Below are positions 1-12,256 of a DNA stretch of 64,000 nt, one piece after another (position 1 is the first letter of the stretch; each line of letters begins with the position of its first letter). Origin of the DNA: Octopus vulgaris. Its lineage: Eukaryota. Location: NCBI GenBank assembly GCA_951406725.2, contig OX597829.1, positions 55,056,001-55,120,000 of the forward strand. Direction: 5' to 3'. The notes beneath the pieces were generated by a model. It ran no database searches, was not told the DNA's origin, and worked only from the letters and a program-made list of their open reading frames with translations. Both the position numbers and the translations under genes were made by a program.

Positions 1-916
1 TTTAGAAATATTTTTTACTGAATATGATTTCAAAAATGTAAATTATTTGTACAGTAAGTATTTGTATTTTAGCTTTCTTTAAACAGACAATATTTTAATG
101 TTTTTAAGGTTTTTTTCGAGTACATTCAACATTTCTCACCTCCAAAGATTTGGCTGCTATTTCTAGCGCACCCACGTAACAGCCATTTGCGATAAAGGAC
201 CCGAAATACGTTATGTGGTAGCAGGGTGTGCAAGAAATAGCAGCCAAATCTTTCCTTTCTGGGGAAAGGAGGTGTTTACTCGTGATTTTGATGTCACTTT
301 TGTTGAAAGCATGCGAAATAACCTGGAAAAGGAAAAAAAAACGCACGAAACAAAACTGTTGCTGGGAGACTTTCCCGTTGACCCAACAGATCATGGGTAG
401 TCTAGTATAGAAATATATATATATATATGTCTTGCTCTGTCCCTCTGACTGGGTAACTATATATCTCCTCTACAGTAAGATACCTGTTTCTATCCCTCTA
501 TCACGTTCTAATCTTTCATCACCTGGCACAAGGCCACCTCCTCCAATGCCCCTCCCCTTACAAAGGATCTATGTCGTGCACATTGTTTGTTGACCTCGCC
601 AGTGTTGGTGTATCCAGTCTACACTGTAAAGTCCTTGGGTGTTTGGAAGGGCATCCAGCAGTAAAAACCATACCAAAACAGGCCCCACCAGTCCTGGTGC
701 AATGTAAAAAGCACTCATTCCACTCTGTAAAGTGGTTGGTGTTATGAAGGGCCGTAAAAACCCTGCCAGAACAGACAGTGGATCCTAGCTCAGTCTTCTG
801 CCTTACTAGCTCCTGACAAACTGTCCAACCCATGCTAGCATGGAAAACGGACATTAAATGATAATGACAATGGTATATATATATCAGGGGTGTATATTCC
901 GGGTGTGCTGGTTTAT

Positions 917-972
917 GGGGTTATCCAGGGTTTCCTGTCCATAAATGGTTTAGCTTTATGGCTTATCATCAG
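917..972 (-). ncRNA. Degenerate type-I hammerhead ribozyme, left copy of an inverted pair
   Basis: Minus strand reads CTGATGA-taag-CCATAAA..TTTATGG-acag-GAAAC-cctgga-TA-acccc. Confidence 0.45.
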
Positions 973-994
973 AGGTCTTAGGCCAACAGGCTTT

Positions 995-1055
995 GGGGTC
1001 TGACAATATACCATAAAGCTAAACCCTTTATGGACGGGAAACTCAGAATAATCCC
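995..1055 (+). ncRNA. Degenerate type-I hammerhead ribozyme, right copy
   Basis: ggggt-CTGACAA-tata-CCATAAAG..CTTTATGG-acgg-GAAAC-tcagaa-TA-atccc; stem I ggggt/atccc. Confidence 0.45.
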
Positions 1056-2519
1056 ATTTTTCGTATAAACTGCTCGACATCTTAGAGAGTGCTTCTCCTC
1101 TGGATTTATGTTTTCTACAAACGATATATATATATAAATAACAGGCTTCCTTCTGTTTCCATCTACCAAATCCACTCCCAAGGCTTTGGTCAGGCCAAGG
1201 CTATAATAGAAGACACCCAAGATGCCATGCAGTGGGATTGAACCTAGAACCATGTGTCAAGAAAGCAAACTTCTAAATCACACAACTATCCTGACACTTT
1301 TTTTTCTTTTCACTGATGTCCATCTAATATCCATGTTTCTGTTTCAAAACAGCATAAACTCAGAATCGGCAAAAAATAAACATAAAGAAAGTGTTTTTGT
1401 TTTTTGTTTCTTTTTGTAAATTAGAAACTGATTATTGTTTGCCGATTTCCAAATGCCCTACTTTCTCTTTCTTTTTTCATATACAAATATATTTCGTATG
1501 CATTTGAAGTGTATAAATATATTTTGCCCGCATAAGAAAAACGTTGCATGCTTCTCTTTCCGAAAATTCAGAATTCTGCTGACCCTAACCCTTAGTTCCA
1601 ATTTATTGAGAATTAAAATGTAACCATAAATGCGAGCGAAATACATATTCTTCAAATGTAAATAAAATATATTTATATACACGAAAAAAGAAAAAATACT
1701 GTAGTTGTAAATCCCGTACCCTAATTAGTTTCTGATTTACATATATATATATAAAAAGATTTGTTAATTAAAAAGATATCTACAAATTTTGAATCTTTGT
1801 TGTATCCGAATGGGTTAATAAAACTACACTAAAACGAACTATCTCAAATCAAAATCAATATCGACGTAATCTACATGCATTCATGTTTATATATCAGTAT
1901 TTGTTCCTTATTCTTTCAATGGTCAGTGGTGGTTTTTCCGCGGACGTAAGTGGACAGTCATCATTTCCATGCCTCCTCCTCCCACTCGCTCTCTTTATCT
2001 CTCTCTCTCTCTCTCTCTCTCTATACCCCTCTCCCTCTCTCTCTTTCTCTCCATTGGAGGCTGAGGTTACGCCTTTGTTACACCCTGTATCTATCTACCC
2101 GTTACTTCTTATGTCCCTCAATATTCTAAGTGTTGCCTTGAGGAACCTGATAACCATGGGAAACTGAATAAAGTCCATTAACAGTATTATCATTTGTGTG
2201 TTGGTGTATGTCATGTACATTGAAAAACAAAAAATTAATGAGCATCATAATGAATGTTATTAAAGAACCGGATACTATATATATATATATAAGAGAGAGA
2301 ATAAACACATTCATTACTGTTTAAGCCCCAAATCAGCTCCGATCGAGCAGACGTGATCAAAGTCGTTCCCGTCGAGATCCTCTTATTTCCCTTATATATA
2401 TATACTTATAATGTATCAAATACGGCCTTCCTTTTTTCCTAGATCGGTTATGGTGTAACTAGAAAGCGATCTTTGGCTGCTATTTTTAGCACGTCGATCG
2501 ACCAGTTAGAGGCTGGTTA

Positions 2520-2640
2520 TTTCGCCCCGAGTCATGAGCAGTTCGCGTTCCGTGACTCTGAGCCTTGTCACATGATTAACATATGACGTCACGTGTACTC
2601 TCGCTCTTACGACTCGGGATATTTCGTCTTAGTTGTCAGG
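2520..2640 (+). promoter_or_regulatory. Candidate Rab9 promoter with M-box/E-box and CRE motifs in CpG-rich DNA
   Basis: GTCACATGA 2567-2575; TGACGTCA 2584-2591 overlapping GTCACGTG 2588-2595; locally dense CpG; possible donor ATG|GTAAAT at 2770/2771. Confidence 0.5.
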
Positions 2641-4050
2641 AGTTTAGAACACAGACATATATATATACACACACACATATATATACATATATATGTGTAT
2701 ATATTTACATCTATGTTATATATACCATGCTGAAATTGCCACTTATAGCTCCGTCTGAGATGCGTTCATGGTAAATTTTGATCTTTAACTTTATAATTAT
2801 TTAAAAATCCATATCAATTAACCACCTTTAATTTATTATAATCAGCTTTTCTCTCCCAATGCTATTTTCATATCATGTTTACAAGTACCACATTGCCTGC
2901 ATATTTATATTAATTAATTTGTCGGCGACATTTGTTAATTTATGTTGTATTTACATTTCTCAATAATAATAATAATAATACACTGCTGTTCTTGATATTG
3001 TTTTTTATGTCTTAATTACATATATTGCATGATTTATTGAATACACCGGAAAAGAATTCTAGCCTTAGAAACTGGAGCATTGGAGTAAATGCTAAACCGT
3101 ATAAAGAAGCTCTATCTTTATTCCTTTCTCCGTCCTGAGATCAGTTCAGCCGGGATCGACTTCGTCTTTTATTCATTCGAGGTCTGTGAAGTAAGTAAGT
3201 AGCAGTCAAGCACTGAGATAATTACAATCAATTAATAATAATGATAATACTTTCCTTAATACATATCTTGCATCATTATAGGTAATCATTGTTGCCAAGG
3301 TTATTTCCTAATTTAGTTTTCAATCATTTTTTCTTTGTCGATATATTCATTAGGTTAATAATTAATTAGTCTTAACCTTTTTTTTTCTTTTATTTCTCAA
3401 CTAAAATTTTGTGACAATTAGTCTTTTCTAATTAAATTAACACAATTTCTTTCTCCCCAATGTATATCCCAGTAAAGACGATTGTCAGCTGTCGTTTATG
3501 GTATTTATTCATTGCCAACGGCACTCAATGATGAAGATACCTTGTGACTGCAGAATATAATAACCTCCCTCATTATTTTAGGCATCTACTTCAATCCTCT
3601 CTCCTCCGTCAAAATTTTGAATTATCAGAGAAAATTACATATAACTTGTTTGATTACCAGACTGTTCTTTTTTTTTGTTGTTGTTTTTGTTTTTTTTAGC
3701 GATTCCCTCGATTCATCTCTTGTGTTCTTTATGACAATTGCAGTCTTCGATCTTCCTCTAACGAAATTTTTATATTAATTTACGCCAAGATTCTTCTAAA
3801 CCAAATACAAAAAAAAAACAAAATATCTTTTCGGTTTTGCCCTTGTATTCTGCAAATAAAGGCGATTTTTCAAGTATATTATGAAATATATGACATCAAC
3901 ACTAACATAAGAGAAAAAGAACCGGCCTGCTGACAGGACTCGAACTTGGTATTTATTGCATTCTACAGTTGCCTGAAATGCAATAAATACGTGATTAGTT
4001 TCGTCGGATTGCTGCCACCCACAAGATGGTGCTAATACCAATATACATAC

Positions 4051-4103
<53 letters not shown>

Positions 4104-4401
4104 TGTATGTATATATGTATATGGTCTGTGTGTTATTTGAGTAGAAAGTCATAAATATACCATTCTGATCGATTTCTGTGGTAGCCTTCTAAAATGGTAA
4201 AAGCTAGCTGACCGAGATATTTTACAGAATACTTCTTTTTGTGAAGGAAAATTGCTAATGTTAGAAAAAGATGGTGTAAAAACCGTTTTATGATCCTCAA
4301 TCTCTTATGATAGAACTATTTGCGTAAGAGCAAAAGGCCATAATTAAGAGTTGAGTAGTAGTAATAGTTTTTACTTGTTTATTTTTCTAAATTGATAGAT
4401 A

Positions 4402-4496
4402 CTTCTATAATGATACGATATAATTTCTAGACCTAATTCTATAATGGTACGATACAGTTTCTAGATGGATAAATTCTTTAATGATACGATATAATC
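4402..4496 (+). repeat. ~35-bp minisatellite, about 2.7 copies
   Basis: ttctataatgatacgatataatttctaga repeated with small changes. Confidence 0.7.
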
Positions 4497-6121
4497 GTAT
4501 GGTGATTAAGCCAGATCATGTTATTTTAACCATCATCGTTCTTCTGTTTCATCATTCCCACACTATATTTCCTTCTGAATTTTTGTTTTTTACATATTTT
4601 TTGCTTATTAACTGTATTAATGATGTTTCAATAAAGTTTTCAGCTAATTATTTCTTTCAGCCCTTTTTAATCGGTTTCTAAAAAACCTCATTCTTATCTA
4701 ATAATGTAAAGGTTTTTTTTTTTTGTTGTCTAATGAATGAATGAAATCTCCCTGCTAAAAGCTAATGAATATATTATCGCAAACATCCCATATGACGAAT
4801 AATTTCCGGAAAGCCGCTTTATTCTGATGAAGGTCAGAGTAAATTCTGCTTAATGAAGTGATCTCCTTTCCTTGACAAATCTCTTGCTGCATGAAGCTTA
4901 CAGCTGTTTCTTCGTGGTACATTCTGAAGTTAATGTATCCAGAAATTTAGTGATCCAATCTAACCAGTGGCTAATACTTGTTTTTTCTTCACCCCGTAAT
5001 TATTTCTTGTTACTTTTCTTTTTCCTGTTTGTTCCTTGAATTAAATATGTGAACATTAACGTTATTATCTTTTAATTTCATGCCTTCGTGTATATTAAGT
5101 GCGTAAATATGGAACAAATTAGGGTGGCGACTGTTTTGAATTTTTATTTGATAATCCCCGTGTTTCCATTGTAAAATAATGTTCTTAAAAAGTCATGGAA
5201 GAACTCATCAGGATGAATTAAATCTGTAAAGGTATGAGATCCTAATTTTCCCTAAGGCATCGGATATTTTGTCTAGATTGTTAGAATCTCTGGCCCCTGA
5301 GTGCCGAAATTTTTACAAATTTGATACAGTTATGAATAACTACAAAATACATCAAATTACTATTTGTATTACATATCTTAGTAGGAGATAATAATAACAG
5401 AATTTAGAAAATCCGTTATTAAATTTTTGAGAAAAAGAAAATACTTAAAATCTTCGTTGTATATGTTCTATGCTGTCCAAGTTTTGAATCAGAATAGTGG
5501 TTCATTGGCATTATGAATGAGTGTATTGAATAAATGAAAAAAAAAAAGACATTTTATTTTGTATTTAATTGATTTTCTTGTTTTCTGCCTTTGGGACTTT
5601 TCCGTTTGAGTCCAAGTGTTTTTCTCTCTCGATCTCTCTCTCTTACATTCAAGAGACATCTTGATGAAAAAAGCTATCCATATACAAAACAAATTGGAAA
5701 CATACAGAATTTTGCCAAGAAATCTCGTTTTCCTTGGCGTCATTTAACGTTGTACAATACTTTTATATTCGATTTTTGTATCTGTACTTTCATGTACTCT
5801 ATTATATATAAATTTGGGTACCTCTGTATATGTTTCCATTTCCCTTACGTGTCAGTATGTATAATGTTTTATCTCGTGTATATTGTTTCTGTAAGATTTT
5901 TTTTTCTTTTGCGCTTTTCGTTGAGGGTACATATGACAAGACTATGTATATGCGTGTCTTTGCCTCTGGCTATATGTGCCTAACTGTTTGTGTAAATCTG
6001 TGCTTGAACTAGCCCTAGTCTCTATTTTTGCGTGTAATTTGATGTTAATGTACCCATACCACTAGCTGTTTCTATTTAACACATATTGGTGTATTTCATT
6101 GCCAAATTGTTTTTGCAACAG

Positions 6122-6202
6122 CAAGCAGAAAAACTTGTACAGCAAAATTTGGTTGCGTTTATACTCAAGCACCTGTTTGGATGTGTCTATGAACACAAAC
6201 AG
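6122..6202 (+). other. Candidate non-coding 5'UTR exon
   Basis: ttgtttttgcaacag acceptor and consensus CAG|GTAAGT donor at 6203. Confidence 0.3.
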
Positions 6203-9200
6203 GTAAGTTTGCAGATACAATCATACATTGTGCGGATGCAGTAAGAAAGATAAGGTGCAAAGCCAAGCAGTTAAGTACACACAACTCTCACGGGTAGATT
6301 TACAGATGTCTAATGTATTTGTGTTTATTTGTGCATGCCTAGTTTGACTAATCGTAATTGTACCGGTGGTTTTTACTTAATTTTTTAAATTGCTGTAGAA
6401 ATGATTCATCAGAACCGCTCGAGTATGAATTTTCACGAGATTACACAGAAATTTCGGTACATATAATTGTGGCATTAGTTCTTTTTTTTTTACTTCTATT
6501 TCGTCACTTCTAAAAGGCTGTAATGTTGTTTATTGTTTAATTCAGCAGAATTTTGGTCAAAAGCGTTTCAAGTCTTGTCGAACGTCTATTTTGAAATACT
6601 GTAGCCTTTCTTTTTCAAGACAGACTAATATAATTTAAGGAAATTTGGTTATTATTTCTTAGTTTGCCGAACTACCACGAGAAGCTTTCTCTTTGCCTTG
6701 ATAGATATATATACAATTTCTATTGCTGCTTGATATCATGAAAGAACAACACATTTTATGGACATTTCACTGATGTATCCATATGCAACCAGTTGAACAT
6801 TTATTTACTCGCATAGTTATAGAAGCATTAAAAGGTTAAGCCGAAATTTAAGAGAAACTAAATTATCTACTTTATTATTTTTCTTCCTGGTGAGAATTTA
6901 CCTATGTTTATCTGGACACCTGCATTTTTTAATTTTTATTGTGGTCTTAATTAACGTTCATGTTACTGGCGACAAATTGCAAATATTCTTTAGAAAGAAA
7001 AAGTGATTTATGATCATCCCCAGTTTTCCGTTTGGTAAATGGTGGGTTTGCTGTAAGATTTAACACGATTCCCTCTCCACGCCACCATCGGCCATTCTCC
7101 ATTATATTGTAGCCTTTTTCACATAATAACGCTCACCTGTTAACATTGATGTACAAGTGCAGTTCAAGGCTCCTCTGCATACATCAGCTGATGCCTTTTT
7201 TTGCCCAACTGGATTCTTACCTATGCTCTGTATTCACAGTTTTATATTATGTATCTCCTCTCATTGTTCTCCGTAACTTCCACAAATCTTTTGAATTTTA
7301 TTCATGTCTTATTACTATGCAGCAGACTCACATTTCATACGTATGCTTCTTCATATACTCTGATTTTTGCTTTGGGAAAAAGAAGTTTTTCTTTATTTTC
7401 AAATGCCGCAACAGTTCCTTGCTCAAGCAACCACACTTTAATTGCAGCCTAAATCATTCACAAGGTGACAAACTATCGTCTATGTTTAATCAGGTCTTAA
7501 GACCATTTCATTGGCTTCTTTTCAAGTGCTTACTAATTACACGCGTAATTATTTATCAATAACAATGGCACATCCTTATAACCTTTTCTACATTGTTTGT
7601 TTCATTTTTTTTTTTTACATCCACTTTTTGCTACAGTCTTGAGTTGGATGAGTCTTATTGTCTCATCATGTGATCGTTCATCATCTGGCATTCACAGCAA
7701 CAGAAAAATGTGACTCTCCTTGTCATGTTTTGGTATGATTTTTATAGCTGGATATCCTTGCTGTCACCGACCACAAATGTTTAGCACACCTACTTTCACT
7801 TCATATTGTTACATGCCTTTTATTTAAGGCTGTGTAGCCACATCATTTTCGATTAAATCTTACTGTACAGAACACCTTGTCTTTGATCATAACCTTTTAT
7901 TTAGAAAGCTATGAGAATGAACTTTGATAGACGGAAACTAAATGGAAAGCTTTTAGTGAGACTCCCCACTCTATCACAAACTGGCCTTGGCTGCCTTTAC
8001 TGGAATCCATTCTGTTAAGTTTTCAGGCCAGGTTTCCAGTCTCAGGCCCCTTCCTTTCTCCCTTCCTTGTACCAGTCTCAGAAACCGTGGATAATATTCC
8101 TCTTAGTTTTTTTTTTTAGTTTTTTTAAGGCATACTTTTGATTTTCATTAAATTATTTATTTACTATGTGTTTTTTATTTAGTAGCTTTTAATTTTTTAG
8201 TATATGCTGAAATTATATCCGCAGTTCACAATTGTATCAGTGGTTAGTCCATCTTAGTTTTGGTTTGTAGCTCAGAAATAATCAACTCTTGCACTAAGGG
8301 GAAAATAATTCTTGAGTACCAGACATAGCTAATAGGCACAAGCATGGCTATGTGCTTCAGAAGTCCACTTTTCAACCACATGGTTTCCATGGTTACCCAG
8401 TGACAGAGAGAAGAGAGGGAGAGATAGGCACAAAAAAGAGGACAGAGACAGGTGTGCTGATGTAAAGGAGATACTTGGTTACCTAATCAGAGGAGAAAAG
8501 CAAGAGAATGATCAAGAATGAAAGCAAAAATAGGTGTGCTGTAAAGGGGATACATGGCTACCCAGCCAGAAGGAAGAGTAAGGGTGTGGAAAACAGCCGT
8601 ATAAGAGAGAGCAGGAGAGAAATAGTGGTGAAGTGCCGGGTATACTCACAAGTAACAATGACCAGAGCATAGGTGTGATGATAGAGTAAGGAAGAGAGAG
8701 GTACAGAGGTCATAGTATACATGGTCAGGTATTGCCAAGAAAGTGCAAGTAGAGAGTGAGGATTGCAGTGACTGGCAAAAAGCTGGGTAGAGGGCATTGA
8801 GGGTCAAGAAAGGGGATTGGAAGACAATCATAGTTTATAAAGAAATGTGAGGAAGAGAAAGATGTAGTTTGGTTTCTTGGGGTAGGGTGTGTGAAAAGTT
8901 TGTTGTTACATGTGGGTGGGGCACAGTTTCACTGACATGGGCAGGGCTTCTCTTGGACCTCATATTGCCAAACATACCAATCCATTACCATTTCCTCCAT
9001 GAGCCCTAACATCCTAAGATCGGTCCTCACTACTTCATCCTTTGTCTTCCTGTGTCTCCTTCTTCCATCATTTTCATCTGCTTTCCATGATGGTATGGAT
9101 TGGACAGGACATGAGGGCCTTTCTTATTGGTAGCCACTGTTCCCCACACTGGTGCTTGTATGTGTCATTTGAGTTGGTCTCTTTTGCTGTATGCCCTTCC

Positions 9201-10339
9201 TCTTGCCAACCTCTTAAGTGTACTGAATTCTTTTTCTCATGACATCAACACTAGATAGGTTTCATACATATGTATGCTGGTGACATGTAAAAGGCAAGCA
9301 GTACACTCTGGAACGGCTGGTGTTAGGAAGGGCATCCAACCATAGAAACAAAACCAAAACAGACTGGAACTTATTGCAGCTCTCCGACCTACCCATGCTG
9401 TCATACCAATGCTAGCATGGAAAATGGATGCTAAACGATGAGAGTCAAGATATTCTTTACTTATCACCACTTAAGTGAGGCTGTGATAAAGTTCACTTAA
9501 TGACTAAATTGCTCTGTACTTTAAAAGATCTGTGGTTTAACAATCTTTTCCTTGAAAAACAGTTATGGATTAACAAGAAGAGCATCCAGCTTCAAGTAAC
9601 CCTTTGTCTAACCTATGCTAATGTGGGAAAAAAAAATGAACAAATATTCTTTTCTACTCTAGGCACAAGGCCTGAATTTTTGGGGGAGAGGTGGGGGTGC
9701 AGTTGATTAGATGGACCCCAGTACGCAACTGATACGTAATTTATCGACCCCGAAAGGATGAAAGGCAAAATCAACATCGGCAGAATTTGAACTTAGAACG
9801 TAGCGATGGAAAATGAACAAATACTATTTGCTTGTTACTGTTTGTTGATATTATATTTGCTTTCTAAGGTGATGAGGTGGCTGAATCATCAGAATGCCAG
9901 CCAAAATGCCTAGTGGTATTTTGTCCATCATTACTTCCTGAGTTCAAATTCTGCCGATGTTGACTTTGCTTTTCATCCTTTCGGGGTCGATAAATTAAGT
10001 ACCAGTTGCATACTGGGATCAATGAAATCAACTATTTACCTCTTCCAAATTTCAGGCCTTGTGCCTATAGTAGAAAGGATTATTATTATTATTATTATTA
10101 AGGCAGTGAAATATCAGAATCAGTAACATGCCGGACAAAAGCTTAGCAGCATTTTGTCCATTTTTATGTTCTGAGTTCAAATTTGCTGGCCTTGTGGCAA
10201 AATCTGAAACTGATATATTTGCTTTCTGTGCAGAAGCAAATAAAATATTATATTTATAAACTTGCTCTTCTATGTTTCATAATAAAAGCGAAGCAATAAC
10301 AATGTAATTTCTAGTAATTATAAAGATATGACTGGTAGA

Positions 10340-10745
10340 GACAGGCGTGGTTGTGTGGTAAGAAGCTTGCTTCCCAATCACATGGTTCTGAGTTCAGTCC
10401 CATTGTATGGCACTTTGGACAAGTGTCTTCTACTATAGCCTCAGGTTTACCAAAGCCTTGTCAGTAGATTTCATAAACAGAAACTGAAAGAAGCCTGTTG
10501 TATATATATATGTATGTATGTATCTGTGTGTGTGCTTGTGTTAGTTCCCCCATCACTGCTTGACAACCTCATATCCCCATAACTTAGCAGTTTGGCAAAA
10601 AGAGACCGATAGAATAAATACTAGAGTTAAAAATAAGTCCTGGGGTCGACTTGTTTGACTAAAACCGTTCAAGGCGGTGCTCTAGTATGGCCACAGTCAA
10701 TCAACTGACTGAAACAAGTAAAGGAATATAAAATAAAAGAATAAA
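10340..10745 (+). mobile_element. SINE family C, tRNA head with CORE-like segment, full length
   Basis: ggcgtggttgtgtggtaagaag..ttggacaagtgtcttctactatagcc..tgactgaaacaagtaaa. Other copies near 1140-1290(-), 14350-14460(-), 46500-46635(-) and 59105-59505(-). Confidence 0.8.
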
Positions 10746-11186
10746 TTCACTGATGTTATCCTTATTGCCAGCATGGAAATGTGCACCTTCAAGAAAAACG
10801 TGTACATCATCATCATCATCATCATGTGAGCTAATTACGAGTACAATGTGCTTGAAGTGGAATTAGTTGCTGTCCATAACTATTTTTTCCTTCAGCCATA
10901 TTCTAGAGATTCTAATCTATTCGGGGTTCATGATTGTGTTCTTTTTTTTATCATCAGAAACATCTTATCTTTGTTTTTGTTTGTTTTTAACTATGCTGTC
11001 ACCTTGTCTGTAAGATTCAGTATTTTTGTTCAAACTCATTATTTACCCTGTGACCTTTTTCTTGATTTTTCTTTTATGTGGCACCTTCCACTGTCAACAC
11101 AGCAATTTCTTTTATCTGTCAGTTATCTTATATAATAATACTAACACAGCACTCTTAACTTCATATATTTGCTGATGTATTTATTA

Positions 11187-12256
11187 TTGGGTCATTCCAT
11201 AAATAATGCGGTTTTTTATACTTCTTTTGTTTCTCAAAATTAAAATAAAGTTCTTTTTTAATCTAAAATATACTCTCCTGCTTTTCCATTTATCTGGTAG
11301 ACCTGCAAGGCCCCTCTTCCCAAATCCACTTGTCCATGATGAAAATTACTCCTCCAGTACTGTTCTGACCTCATGTGTAGATTTTATATTTTTTCTGTCC
11401 AAATGATTTTGAAGACTGCGGAATAAATGATAATCAGATGGGGCAATGTCTGGAGAATATGGTGAGTGGGGCATCGTTTCCCATTCAAACTGCTCCGGCC
11501 GTTGGAATGTCATCCTCATTGTATGTGGTTGAGTATTATCCTGATGAAAGAGCACCTTTTGTCTTGAAACCAAAGATGTTCGTTTTTCTTCTAGCGCTGA
11601 CTTAAGCCACTCAAGTTGCTCACAGTAGATCTCCTTTGTTATTGTTTGGTTTGGGTTTAAAAGTTCAAAGTGAACTAAACCTTTCATATCTCACCAAACA
11701 GATAACAATGCCTTCACACGATTACACTTGGAAAGTTTGTGAGGAACCCATTGACCCAACTTTGCTGACTCTTCCAATGGCATGAAGGTGTCGATGAATG
11801 ATTGAATGACCAAATCCAAGCTTCTCTGCTAGTTCCTCAACAGTTACGATGGGATTCTGTTCCACAAGGTCTGCAAGGCCTCCTTGTTGAGCTCTGCAGA
11901 TCTTCTAGGCTGTAGTTTCCAGCTCGGAATTTCTGGAATCACCGTTGACACTGGCTTACACTTGTCCAATCCCCATATACTGTATCAATATTCCCCACTC
12001 TTTCCGTTGCGTTGTTGTCTTTATTGAACTCATAAAGCAAAATATGCCGAATATGCTCCTTTGTCACTTCCATTATAGCTTTGTGAAAATAACTGTTAAA
12101 ATTGAACTGCACTCTTCAAAATTTATGCTAAGAGTAAGACCAAGGTAAAATTACTTCCTGCTTTTATAACAAGTTGATACAGGTAGTTTATCCTGTCCCC
12201 TTCTGACTTTTAGTTCATGCAATTGAAAAAAATGCATTATTCATGGGATGACGCAA
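11187..12256 (-). mobile_element. Internally deleted mariner (D,D34D) transposon
   Basis: TIRs ttgggtcattccataaataatgcggtttttt and aaaaaatgcattattcatgggatgacgcaa with TA on both sides; HQDNTQPH and HSPYSPDIAPSDYHLF motifs in ORF 11346-11687. Confidence 0.92.

Noticed and set aside
4820-4860. CTGATGAAG followed by a hairpin
   Set aside because: No GAAA follows stem II.
5150-5215. Minus-strand CTGATGA-GTTCTT..AAGAAC..GAAAC
   Set aside because: There is a 14-nt gap before GAAA and no UH cleavage site.
11535-11585. CTGATGA-AAGA..TCTT-GAAAC hammerhead-like string
   Set aside because: Stem I does not pair and it lies antisense within mariner coding sequence, so it is likely a chance match.
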